From the NCBI GenBank assembly GCA_964016885.1, contig OZ024762.1:30690001-30754000 (forward strand): 64,000 nucleotides of DNA. Reading direction: 5' to 3'. The stretch comes from Eledone cirrhosa. Lineage: Eukaryota. This document shows, in pieces, positions 39,690 to 52,900 of this stretch. The notes beneath the pieces were generated by a model. It saw only the letters and a list, made by a program, of their open reading frames with translations, did no database searches and was not told where the DNA came from. Position numbers and translations under genes: made by a program. The first letter of the stretch is position 1. The number at the start of each line of letters is the position of its first letter.

Positions 39690-42600
39690 CTAGCTGTCAG
39701 AAGTAACCCCAATGTTGGTGAGAATTCATTTAAGTTCATGGTATTAGCTGTCAGAAGTCACTCCAATGTTGGTGAGAATTCATTTAAGTTCATGGTATTA
39801 GCTGTCAGAAGTCACTCCACTGTTGGTGAGAATTCATTTAAGTTCATGGTACTAGCTGTCAGAAGTAACCCCAATGTTGGTGAGAATTCATTTAAGTTCA
39901 TGGTATTAGCTGTCAGAAGTAACTCCACTGTTGGTGAGAATTCATTTAAGTTCATGGTATTAGCTGTCAGAAGTAACTCCACTGTTGGTGAGAATTCATT
40001 TAAGTTCATGGTATTAGCTGTCAGAAGTAACTCCACGGTTGGTGAGAATTCATTTAAGTTGATGGTATTAGCTGTCAGAAGGATCTCCACTGTTGGTGAG
40101 AATTCATTTAAGTTCATGGTGCTAGCTGTCAGAAGTAACTCCACTGTTGGTGAGAATTCATTTAAGTTGATGGTATTAGCTGTCAGAAGTAACTCCACTG
40201 TTGGTGAGAATTCATTTAAGTTGATGGTATTAGCTGTCAGAAGTAACTCCACTGTTGGTGAGAATTAATTTAAGTTCATGGTATTAGCTGTCAGAAGGAA
40301 CGCCACTGTTGGTGAGAATTCATTTAAGTTCATGGTATTAGCTGTCAGAAGTAACTCCACTGTTGGTGAGAATTCATTTAAGTTCATGGTACTAGCTGTC
40401 AGAAGTAACTCCAATGTTGGTGAGAATTCATTTAAGTTCATGGTATTAGCTGTCAGAAGGAACTCCACTGTTGCTGAGAATTCATTTAAGTTCATGGTAT
40501 TAGCTGTCAGAAGTAACTCCACTGTTGGTGAGAATTCATTTAAGTTCATGGTACTAGCTGTCAGAAGTAACTCCACTGTTGGTGAGAATTCATTTAAGTT
40601 CATGGTATTAGCTGTCAGAAGTCACTCCAATGTTGGTGAGAATTCATTTAAGTTCATGGTATTAGCTGTCAGAAGTCACTCCACTGTTGGTGAGAATTCA
40701 TTTAAGATGATGGTACTAGCTGTCAGAAGTAACCCCAATGTTGGTGAGAATTCATTTAAGTTCATGGTATTAGCTGTCAGAAGTCACTCCAATGTTGGTG
40801 AGAATTCATTTAAGTTCATGGTATTAGCTGTCAGAAGTAACTCCACTGTTGGTGAGAATTCATTTAAGTTCATGGTATTAGTTTGTCAGAAGTAACTCCA
40901 CTGTTGGTGAGAATTCATTTAAGTCATGGTACTAGCTGTCAGAAGTAACTCCAATGTTGGTGAGAATTCATTTAAGTCATGGTATTAGCTGTCAGAAGTA
41001 ACTCCAATGTTGGTGAGAATTCATTTAAGTTCATGGTATTAGCTGTCAGAAGTAACTCCACTGTTGGTGAGAATTCATTTAAGTTCATGGTATTAGCTGT
41101 CAGAAGTAACTCCACTGTTGGTGAGAATTCATTTAAGTTGATGGTACTAGCTGTCAGAAGTAACTCCACTGTTGGTGAGAATTCATTTAAGTTCATGGTA
41201 TTAGTTTGTCAGAAGTAACTCCACTGTTGGTGAGAATTCATTTAAGTCATGGTATTAGCTGTCAGAAGTAACTCCACTGTTGGTGAGAATTCATTTAAGT
41301 CATGGTATTAGCTGACAGAAGTAACTCCATTGTTGGTGAGAATTCATTTAAGTCATGGTACTAGCTGTCAGAAGTAACTCCACTGTTGGTGAGAATTCAT
41401 TTAAGTTCATGGTATTAGCTGTCAGAAGTCACTCCAATGTTGGTGAGAATTCATTTAAGTTCATGGTATTAGCTGTCAGAAGTAACTCCACCGTTGATGA
41501 GAATTCATTTAAGTTCATGGTATTAGTTTGTCAGAAGTAACTCCACTGTTGGTGAGAATTCATTTAAGTCATGGTATTAGTTGTCAGAAGTAACTCCAAT
41601 GTTGGTGAGAATTCATTTAAGTTCATGGTACTAGCTGTCAGAAGTAACTCCAATGTTGGTGAGAATTCATTTAAGTTCATGGTATTAGCTGTCAGAAGGA
41701 ACTCCACTGTTGGTGAGAATTCATTTAAGTTCATGGTATTAGCTGTCAGAAGTAACTCCACTGTTGGTGAGAATTCATTTAATTCATGGTATTAGCTGTC
41801 AGAAGTAACTCCATTGTTGGTGAGAATTCATTTAAGTCATGGTACTAGCTGTCAGAAGTAACTCCAATGTTGGTGAGAATTCATTTAAGTCATGGTACTA
41901 GCTGTCAGAAGTAACTCCAATGTTGGTGAGAATTCATTTAAGTTCATGGTATTAGCTGTCAGAAGGAACTCCACTGTTGGTGAGAATTCATTTAAGTTCA
42001 TGGTATTAGCTGTCAGAAGTAACTCCACTGTTGGTGAGAATTCATTTAAGTTCATGGTATTAGCAGTCAGAAGTAACTCCACTGTTGGTGAGAATTCATT
42101 TAAGTTCATGGTACTAGCTGTCAGAAGTAACTCCAATGTTGGTGAGAATTCATTTAAGTTCATGGTATTAGCTGTCAGAAGTAACTCCACTGTTGGTGAG
42201 AATTCATTTAAGTCATGGTATTAGCTGTCAGAAGTAACTCCAATGTTGGTGAGAATTCATTTAAGTTCATGGTATTAGCTGTCAGAAGTAACTCCACTGT
42301 TGGTGAGAATTCATTTAAGTTCATGGTACTAGCTGTCAGAAGTAACTCCAATGTTGGTGAGAATTCATTTAAGTTCATGGTATTAGCTGTCAGAAGCAAC
42401 TCCACTGTTGGTGAGAATTCATTTAAGTTCATGGTATTAGCTGTCAGAAGTAACTCCACTGTTGGTGAGAATTCATTTAAGTCATGCTATTAGCTGACAG
42501 AAGTAACTCCATTGTTGGTGAGAATTCATTTAAGTCATGGTACTAGCTGTCAGAAGTAACTCCACTGTTGGTGAGAATTCATTTAAGTTCATGGTATTAG

Positions 42601-45600
42601 CAGTCAGAAGTCACTCCACTGTTGGTGAGAATTCATTTAAGTTCATGGTACTAGCTGTCAGAAGTAACCCCAATCTTGGTGAGAATTCATTTAAGTTCAT
42701 GGTATTAGCTGTCAGAAGTCACTCCAATGTTGGTGAGAATTCATTTAAGTTCATGGTATTAGCTGTCAGAAGTAACTCCACTGTTGGTGAGAATTCATTT
42801 AAGTTCATGGTACTAGCTGTCAGAAGTAACCCCAATGTTGGTGAGAATTCATTTAAGTTCATGGTATTAGCTGTCAGAAGTCACTCCAATGTTGGTGAGA
42901 ATTCATTTAAGTTCATGGTATTAGCTGTCAGAAGTCACTCCACTGTTGGTGAGAATTCATTTAAGTTCATGGTACTAGCTGTCAGAAGTAACCCCAATGT
43001 TGGTGAGAATTCATTTAAGTTCATGGTATTAGCTGTCAGAAGTAACTCCACTGTTGGTGAGAATTCATTTAAGTTCATGGTATTAGCTGTCAGAAGTAAC
43101 TCCACTGTTGGTGAGAATTCATTTAAGTTCATGGTATTAGCTGTCAGAAGTAACTCCACGGTTGGTGAGAATTCATTTAAGTTGATGGTATTAGCTGTCA
43201 GAAGGATCTCCACTGTTGGTGAGAATTCATTTAAGTTCATGGTGCTAGCTGTCAGAAGTAACTCCACTGTTGGTGAGAATTCATTTAAGTTGATGGTATT
43301 AGCTGTCAGAAGTAACTCCACTGTTGGTGAGAATTCATTTAAGTTGATGGTATTAGCTGTCAGAAGTAACTCCACTGTTGGTGAGAATTCATTTAAGTTC
43401 ATGGTACTAGCTGTCAGAAGTAACTCCAATGTTGGTGAGAATTCATTTAAGTTCATGGTATTAGCTGTCAGAAGGAACTCCACTGTTGCTGAGAATTCAT
43501 TTAAGTTCATGGTATTAGCTGTCAGAAGTAACTCCACTGTTGGTGAGAATTCATTTAAGTTCATGGTACTAGCTGTCAGAAGTAACTCCACTGTTGGTGA
43601 GAATTCATTTAAGTTCATGGTATTAGCTGTCAGAAGTCACTCCAATGTTGGTGAGAATTCATTTAAGTTCATGGTATTAGCTGTCAGAAGTCACTCCACT
43701 GTTGGTGAGAATTCATTTAAGATGATGGTACTAGCTGTCAGAAGTAACCCCAATGTTGGTGAGAATTCATTTAAGTTCATGGTATTAGCTGTCAGAAGTC
43801 ACTCCAATGTTGGTGAGAATTCATTTAAGTTCATGGTATTAGCTGTCAGAAGTAACTCCACTGTTGGTGAGAATTCATTTAAGTTCATGGTATTAGTTTG
43901 TCAGAAGTAACTCCACTGTTGGTGAGAATTCATTTAAGTCATGGTACTAGCTGTCAGAAGTAACTCCAATGTTGGTGAGAATTCATTTAAGTCATGGTAT
44001 TAGCTGTCAGAAGTAACTCCAATGTTGGTGAGAATTCATTTAAGTTCATGGTATTAGCTGTCAGAAGTAACTCCACTGTTGGTGAGAATTCATTTAAGTT
44101 CATGGTATTAGCTGTCAGAAGTAACTCCACTGTTGGTGAGAATTCATTTAAGTTGATGGTACTAGCTGTCAGAAGTAACTCCACTGTTGGTGAGAATTCA
44201 TTTAAGTTCATGGTATTAGTTTGTCAGAAGTAACTCCACTGTTGGTGAGAATTCATTTAAGTCATGGTATTAGCTGTCAGAAGTAACTCCACTGTTGGTG
44301 AGAATTCATTTAAGTCATGGTATTAGCTGACAGAAGTAACTCCATTGTTGGTGAGAATTCATTTAAGTCATGGTACTAGCTGTCAGAAGTAACTCCACTG
44401 TTGGTGAGAATTCATTTAAGTTCATGGTATTAGCTGTCAGAAGTCACTCCAATGTTGGTGAGAATTCATTTAAGTTCATGGTATTAGCTGTCAGAAGTAA
44501 CTCCACCGTTGATGAGAATTCATTTAAGTTCATGGTATTAGTTTGTCAGAAGTAACTCCACTGTTGGTGAGAATTCATTTAAGTCATGGTATTAGTTGTC
44601 AGAAGTAACTCCAATGTTGGTGAGAATTCATTTAAGTTCATGGTACTAGCTGTCAGAAGTAACTCCAATGTTGGTGAGAATTCATTTAAGTTCATGGTAT
44701 TAGCTGTCAGAAGGAACTCCACTGTTGGTGAGAATTCATTTAAGTTCATGGTATTAGCTGTCAGAAGTAACTCCACTGTTGGTGAGAATTCATTTAATTC
44801 ATGGTATTAGCTGTCAGAAGTAACTCCATTGTTGGTGAGAATTCATTTAAGTCATGGTACTAGCTGTCAGAAGTAACTCCAATGTTGGTGAGAATTCATT
44901 TAAGTCATGGTACTCTGCTGTCAGAAGTAACTCCAATGTTGGTGAGAATTCATTTAAGTTCATGGTATTAGCTGTCAGAAGGAACTCCACTGTTGGTGAG
45001 AATTCATTTAAGTTCATGGTATTAGCTGTCAGAAGTAACTCCACTGTTGGTGAGAATTCATTTAAGTTCATGGTATTAGCAGTCAGAAGTAACTCCACTG
45101 TTGGTGAGAATTCATTTAAGTTCATGGTACTAGCTGTCAGAAGTAACTCCAATGTTGGTGAGAATTCATTTAAGTTCATGGTATTAGCTGTCAGAAGTAA
45201 CTCCACTGTTGGTGAGAATTCATTTAAGTCATGGTATTAGCTGTCAGAAGTAACTCCAATGTTGGTGAGAATTCATTTAAGTTCATGGTATTAGCTGTCA
45301 GAAGTAACTCCACTGTTGGTGAGAATTCATTTAAGTTCATGGTACTAGCTGTCAGAAGTAACTCCAATGTTGGTGAGAATTCATTTAAGTTCATGGTATT
45401 AGCTGTCAGAAGCAACTCCACTGTTGGTGAGAATTCATTTAAGTTCATGGTATTAGCTGTCAGAAGTAACTCCACTGTTGGTGAGAATTCATTTAAGTCA
45501 TGCTATTAGCTGACAGAAGTAACTCCATTGTTGGTGAGAATTCATTTAAGTCATGGTACTAGCTGTCAGAAGTAACTCCACTGTTGGTGAGAATTCATTT

Positions 45601-45680
45601 AAGTTCATGGTATTAGCAGTCAGAAGTCACTCCACTGTTGGTGAGAATTCATTTAAGTTCATGGTACTAGCTGTCAGAAA
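39690..45680. repeat. Local higher-order repeat: 2 x ~3.0-3.1 kb (56-58 monomers)
   Basis: ORF pairs 40979/43994, 41355/44370 and 41571/44586 are offset by 3015 (=56x54-9). The upstream part is offset by 3123 (ccacggtt and aggatctcc at ~40035-40085 vs ~43158-43208), meaning two monomers were lost in copy 2. Markers aagatgatgg and ccaccgttgatg are shared. Confidence 0.9.
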
Positions 45681-45714
45681 TAACCCCAATGTTGGTGAGA
45701 ATTCATTTAAGTTC

Positions 45715-48700
45715 ATGGTATTAGCTGTCAGAAGTCACTCCAATGTTCGTGAGAATTCATTTAAGTTCATGGTATTAGCTGTCAGAAGTAACTCCACTGT
45801 TGGTGAGAATTCATTTAAGTTCATGGTATTAGTTTGTCAGAAGTAACTCCACTGTTGGTGAGAATTCATTTAAGTCATGGTATTAGTTGTCAGAAGTAAC
45901 TCCAATGTTGGTGAGAATTCATTTAAGTTCATGGTACTAGCTGTCAGAAGTAACTCCAATGTTGGTGAGAATTCATTTAAGTTCATGGTATTAGCTGTCA
46001 GAAGGAACTCCACTGTTGGTGAGAATTCATTTAAGTTCATGGTATTAGCTGTCAGAAGTAACTCCACTGTTGGTGAGAATTCATTTAATTCATGGTATTA
46101 GCTGTCAGAAGTAACTCCATTGTTGGTGAGAATTCATTTAAGTCATGGTACTATCTGTCAGAAGTAACTCCAATGTTGGTGAGAATTCATTTAAGTCATG
46201 GTACTAGCTGTCAGAAGTAACTCCAATGTTGGTGAGAATTCATTTAAGTTCATGGTATTAGCTGTCAGAAGGAACTCCACTGTTGGTGAGAATTCATTTA
46301 AGTTCATGGTATTAGCTGTCAGAAGTAACACCACTGTTGGTGAGAATTCATTTAAGTTCATGGTATTAGCAGTCAGAAGTAACTCCACTGTTGGTGAGAA
46401 TTCATTTAAGTTCATGGTACTAGCTGTCAGAAGTAACTCCAATGTTGGTGAGAATTCATTTAAGTTCATGGTATTAGCTGTCAGAAGTAACTCCACTGTT
46501 GGTGAGAATTCATTTAAGTCATGGTATTAGCTGTCAGAAGTAACTCCAATGTTGGTGAGAATTCATTTAAGTTCATGGTATTAGCTGTCAGAAGTAACTC
46601 CACTGTTGGTGAGAATTCATTTAAGTTCATGGTATTAGCTGTCAGAAGTAACTCCACTGTTGGTGAGAATTCATTTAAGTTCATGGTACTAGCTGTCAGA
46701 AGTAACTCCACTGTTGGTGAGAATTCATTTAAGTTCATGGTATTAGTTTGTCAGAAGTAACTCCACTGTTGGTGAGAATTCATTTAAGTCATGGTATTAG
46801 TTGTCAGAAGTAACTCCAATGTTGGTGAGAATTCATTTAGGTTCATGGTACTAGCTGTCAGAAGTAACTCCAATGTTGGTGAGAATTCATTTAAGTCATG
46901 GTACTAGCTGTCAGAAGTAACTCCAATGTTGGTGAGAATTCATTTAAGTACATGGTATTAGCTATCAGAAGTAACTCCACTGTTGGTGAGAATTCATTTA
47001 AGTTCATGGTATTAGCTGTCAGAAGTAACTCCACTGTTGGTGAGAATTCATTTAAGTCATGGTATTAGCTGTCAGAAGTAACTCCAATGTTGGTGAGAAT
47101 TCATTTAAGTTCATGGTATTAGCTGTCAGAAGTCACTCCACTGTTGGTGAGAACTCATTTAGGTTCATGGTACTAGCTGTCAGAAGTAACACCAATGTTG
47201 GTGAGAATTCATTTAAGTCATGGTACTAGCTGTCAGAAGTAACTCCACTGTTGGTGAGAATTAATTTAAGTTCATGGTATTAGCTGTCAGAAGGAACGCC
47301 ACTGTTGGTGAGAATTCATTTAAGTTCATGGTATTAGCTGTCAGAAGTAACTCCACTGTTGGTGAGAATTCATTTAAGTTCATGGTACTAGCTGTCAGAA
47401 GTAACTCCAATGTTGGTGAGAATTCATTTAAGTTCATGGTATTAGCTGTCAGAAGGAACTCCACTGTTGCTGAGAATTCATTTAAGTTCATGGTATTAGC
47501 TGTCAGAAGTAACTCCACTGTTGGTGAGAATTCATTTAAGTTCATGGTACTAGCTGTCAGAAGTAACTCCACTGTTGGTGAGAATTCATTTAAGTTCATG
47601 GTATTAGCTGTCAGAAGTCACTCCAATGTTGGTGAGAATTCATTTAAGTTCATGGTATTAGCTGTCAGAAGTCACTCCACTGTTGGTGAGAATTCATTTA
47701 AGTTCATGGTACTAGCTGTCAGAAGTAACCCCAATGTTGGTGAGAATTCATTTAAGTTCATGGTATTAGCTGTCAGAAGTCACTCCAATGTTGGTGAGAA
47801 TTCATTTAAGTTCATGGTATTAGCTGTCAGAAGTAACTCCACTGTTGGTGAGAATTCATTTAAGTTCATGGTATTAGTTTGTCAGAAGTAACTCCACTGT
47901 TGGTGAGAATTCATTTAAGTCATGGTATTAGTTGTCAGAAGTAACTCCAATGTTGGTGAGAATTCATTTAAGTTCATGGTACTAGCTGTCAGAAGTAACT
48001 CCAATGTTGGTGAGAATTCATTTAAGTTCATGGTATTAGCTGTCAGAAGGAACTCCACTGTTGGTGAGAATTCATTTAAGTTCATGGTATTAGCTGTCAG
48101 AAGTAACTCCACTGTTGGTGAGAATTCATTTAATTCATGGTATTAGCTGTCAGAAGTAACTCCATTGTTGGTGAGAATTCATTTAAGTCATGGTACTAGC
48201 TGTCAGAAGTAACTCCAATGTTGGTGAGAATTCATTTAAGTCATGGTACTAGCTGTCAGAAGTAACTCCAATGTTGGTGAGAATTCATTTAAGTTCATGG
48301 TATTAGCTGTCAGAAGGAACTCCACTGTTGGTGAGAATTCATTTAAGTTCATGGTATTAGCTGTCAGAAGTAACACCACTGTTGGTGAGAATTCATTTAA
48401 GTTCATGGTATTAGCAGTCAGAAGTAACTCCACTGTTGGTGAGAATTCATTTAAGTTCATGGTACTAGCTGTCAGAAGTAACTCCAATGTTGGTGAGAAT
48501 TCATTTAAGTTCATGGTATTAGCTGTCAGAAGTAACTCCACTGTTGGTGAGAATTCATTTAAGTCATGGTATTAGCTGTCAGAAGTAACTCCAATGTTGG
48601 TGAGAATTCATTTAAGTTCATGGTATTAGCTGTCAGAAGTAACTCCACTGTTGGTGAGAATTCATTTAAGTTCATGGTATTAGCTGTCAGAAGTAACTCC

Positions 48701-49966
48701 ACTGTTGGTGAGAATTCATTTAAGTTCATGGTACTAGCTGTCAGAAGTAACTCCACTGTTGGTGAGAATTCATTTAAGTTCATGGTATTAGTTTGTCAGA
48801 AGTAACTCCACTGTTGGTGAGAATTCATTTAAGTCATGGTATTAGTTGTCAGAAGTAACTCCAATGTTGGTGAGAATTCATTTAGGTTCATGGTACTAGC
48901 TGTCAGAAGTAACTCCAATGTTGGTGAGAATTCATTTAAGTCATGGTACTAGCTGTCAGAAGTAACTCCAATGTTGGTGAGAATTCATTTAAGTACATGG
49001 TATTAGCTATCAGAAGTAACTCCACTGTTGGTGAGAATTCATTTAAGTTCATGGTATTAGCTGTCAGAAGTAACTCCACTGTTGGTGAGAATTCATTTAA
49101 GTCATGGTATTAGCTGTCAGAAGTAACTCCAATGTTGGTGAGAATTCATTTAAGTTCATGGTATTAGCTGTCAGAAGTCACTCCACTGTTGGTGAGAACT
49201 CATTTAGGTTCATGGTACTAGCTGTCAGAAGTAACACCAATGTTGGTGAGAATTCATTTAAGTCATGGTACTAGCTGTCAGAAGTAACTCCACTGTTGGT
49301 GAGAATTAATTTAAGTTCATGGTATTAGCTGTCAGAAGGAACGCCACTGTTGGTGAGAATTCATTTAAGTTCATGGTATTAGCTGTCAGAAGTAACTCCA
49401 CTGTTGGTGAGAATTCATTTAAGTTCATGGTACTAGCTGTCAGAAGTAACTCCAATGTTGGTGAGAATTCATTTAAGTTCATGGTATTAGCTGTCAGAAG
49501 GAACTCCACTGTTGCTGAGAATTCATTTAAGTTCATGGTATTAGCTGTCAGAAGTAACTCCACTGTTGGTGAGAATTCATTTAAGTTCATGGTACTAGCT
49601 GTCAGAAGTAACTCCACTGTTGGTGAGAATTCATTTAAGTTCATGGTATTAGCTGTCAGAAGTCACTCCAATGTTGGTGAGAATTCATTTAAGTTCATGG
49701 TATTAGCTGTCAGAAGTCACTCCACTGTTGGTGAGAATTCATTTAAGTTCATGGTACTAGCTGTCAGAAGTAACCCCAATGTTGGTGAGAATTCATTTAA
49801 GTTCATGGTATTAGCTGTCAGAAGTCACTCCAATGTTGGTGAGAATTCATTTAAGTTCATGGTATTAGCTGTCAGAAGTAACTCCACTGTTGGTGAGAAT
49901 TCATTTAAGTTCATGGTATTAGTTTGTCAGAAGTAACTCCACTGTTGGTGAGAATTCATTTAAGTC
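45715..49966. repeat. Local higher-order repeat: ~2.1 x 2045 bp (38 monomers)
   Basis: ORF pairs 45877/47922, 46198/48243, 46521/48566 and 47274/49319 are offset by 2045 (=38x54-7). Markers aacaccact, aagtacatgg...gctatc (~46946/48991), gaactcatttagg and gaattaattt recur. Confidence 0.94.
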
Positions 49967-52900
49967 ATGGTACTAGCTGTCAGAAGTAACTCCAATGTTG
50001 GTGAGAATTCATTTAAGTCATGGTATTAGCTGTCAGAAGTAACTCCAATGTTGGTGATAATTCATTTAAGTTCATGGTATTAGCTGTCAGAAGTAACTCC
50101 ACTGTTGGTGAGAATTCATTTAAGTTCATGGTATTAGCTGTCAGAAGTAACTCCACTGTTGGTGAGAATTCATTTAAGTTGATGGTACTAGCTGTCAGAA
50201 GTAACTCCACTGTTGGTGAGAATTCATTTAAGTTCATGGTATTAGTTTGTCAGAAGTAACTCCACTGTTGGTGAGAATTCATTTAAGTCATGGTATTAGT
50301 TGTCAGAAGTAACTCCAATGTTGGTGAGAATTCATTTAAGTTCATGGTATTAGCTGTCAGAAGGAACTCCACTGTTGGTGAGAATTCATTTAAGTTCATG
50401 GTATTAGCTGTCAGAAGGAACTCCAATGTTGGTGAGAATTCATTTAAGTCATGGTACTAGCTGTCAGAAGTAACTCCACTGTTGGTGAGAATTCATTTAA
50501 GTTCATGGTATTAGCTGTCAGAAGGAACGCCACTGTTGGTGAGAATTCATTTAAGTTCATGGTATTAGCTGTCAGAAGTAACTCCACTGTTGGTGAGAAT
50601 TCATTTAAGTTCATGGTACTAGCTGTCAGAAGTAACTCCAATGTTGGTGAGAATTCATTTAAGTTCATGGTATTAGCTGTCAGAAGCAACTCCACTGTTG
50701 GTGAGAATTCATTTAAGTTCATGGTATTAGCTGTCAGAAGTAACTCCACTGTTGGTGAGAATTCATTTAAGTCATGGTATTAGCTGACAGAAGTAACTCC
50801 ATTGTTGGTGAGAATTCATTTAAGTCATGGTACTAGCTGTCAGAAGTAACTCCACTGTTGGTTAGAATTCATTTAAGTTCATGGTATTAGTTTGTCAGAA
50901 GTAACTCCACTGTTGGTGAGAATTCATTTAAGTCATGGTATTAGTTGTCAGAAGTAACTCCAATGTTGGTGAGAATTCATTTAAGTTCATGGTACTAGCT
51001 GTCAGAAGTAACTCCATTGTTGTTGAGAATTCATTGAAGTTCATGGTACTAGCTGTCAGAAGGAACTCCACTGTTGGTGAGAATTCATTTGAGTTCATGG
51101 TATTAGCTGTCAGAAGTAACTCCACTGTTGGTGAGAATTCATTTAAGTTCATGGTACTAGCTGTCAGAAGTAACTCCAATGTTAGTGAGAATTCATTTAA
51201 GTTCATGGTATTAGCTGTCAGAAGTAACTCCACTGTTGGTGAGAATTCATTTAAGTCATGGTATTAGCTGTCAGAAGTAACTCCAATGTTGGTGAGAATT
51301 CATTTAAGTTCATGGTATTAGCTGTCAGAAGTAACTCCACTGTTGGTGAGCATTCATTTATGTTCATGGTATTAGCTGTCAGAAGTAACTCCACTGTTGG
51401 TGAGAATTCATTTAAGTTCATGGTATTAGTTTGTCAGAAGTAACTCCACTGTTGGTGAGAATTCATTTAAGTCATGGTATTAGTTGTCAGAAGTAACTCC
51501 AATGTTGGTGAGAATTCATTTAAGTTCATGGTACTAGCTGTCAGAAGTAACTCCACTGTTGGTGAGAATTCATTTAAGTTCATGGTATTAGCTGTCAGAA
51601 GTAACTCCACTGTTGGTGAGAATTCATTTAAGTCATGGTATTAGCTGTCAGAAGTAACTCCATTGTTGGTGGGAATTCATTTAAGTCATGGTACTAGCTG
51701 TCAGAAGTAACTCCACTGTTGGTGAGAATTCATTTAAGTTCATGGTACTAGCTGTCAGAAGTAACTCCACTGTTTGTGAGAATTCATTTAAGTTCATGGT
51801 ACTAGCTGTCATAAGTAACTCCACTGTTGGTGAGAATTCATTTAAGTTCATGGTATTAGCTGTCAGAAGTCACTCCACTGTTGGTGAGAATTCATTTAAG
51901 TTCATGGTATTAGCTGTCAGAAGTCACTCCACTGTTGGTGAGAATTCATTTAAGTTCATGGTACTAGCTGTCAGAAGTAACCCCAATGTTGGTGAGAATT
52001 CATTTAAGTTCATGGTATTAGCTGTCAGTAGTCACTCCAATGTTGGTGAGAATTCATTTAAGTTCATGGTATTAGCTGTCAGAAGTAACTCCACTGTTGG
52101 TGAGAATTCATTTAAGTTCATGGTATTAGCTGTCAGAAGTAACTCCACTGTTGGTGAGAATTCATTTAAGTTCATGGTATTAGCTGTCAGAAGTAACTCC
52201 ACTGTTGGTGAGAATTCATTTAAGTTCATGGTATTAGCTGTCAGAAGGAACTCCAATGTTGGTGAGAATTCATTTAAGTTCATGGTATTAGCTGTCAGAA
52301 GTAACTCCACTGTTGGTGAGAATTCATTTAAGTTCATGGTATTAGCTGTCAGAAGTAACTCCACTGTTGGTGAGCATTCATTTATGTTCATGGTATTAGC
52401 TGTCAGAAGTAACTCCACTGTTGGTGAGAATTCATTTAAGTTCATGGTATTAGTTTGTCAGAAGTAACTCCACTGTTGGTGAGAATTCATTTAAGTCATG
52501 GTATTAGTTGTCAGAAGTAACTCCAATGTTGGTGAGAATTCATTTAGGTTCATGGTACTAGCTGTCAGAAGTAACTCCAATGTTGGTGAGAATTCATTTA
52601 AGTCATGGTACTAGCTGTCAGAAGTAACTCCAATGTTGGTGAGAATTCATTTAAGTACATGGTATTAGCTATCAGAAGTAACTCCACTGTTGGTGAGAAT
52701 TCATTTAAGTTCATGGTATTAGCTGTCAGAAGTAACTCCACTGTTGGTGAGAATTCATTTAAGTCATGGTATTAGCTGTCAGAAGTAACTCCAATGTTGG
52801 TGAGAATTCATTTAAGTTCATGGTATTAGCTATCAGAAGTCACTCCACTGTTGGTGAGAACTCATTTAGGTTCATGGTACTAGCTGTCAGAAGTAACACC

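Noticed and set aside
44905-44925. Singleton variant TACTCTGCTG (+1 nt) that shifts the 3015 offset to 3016
   Set aside because: It is present in only one of two sister copies and nowhere else, so it cannot be distinguished from a consensus or sequencing error without reads.
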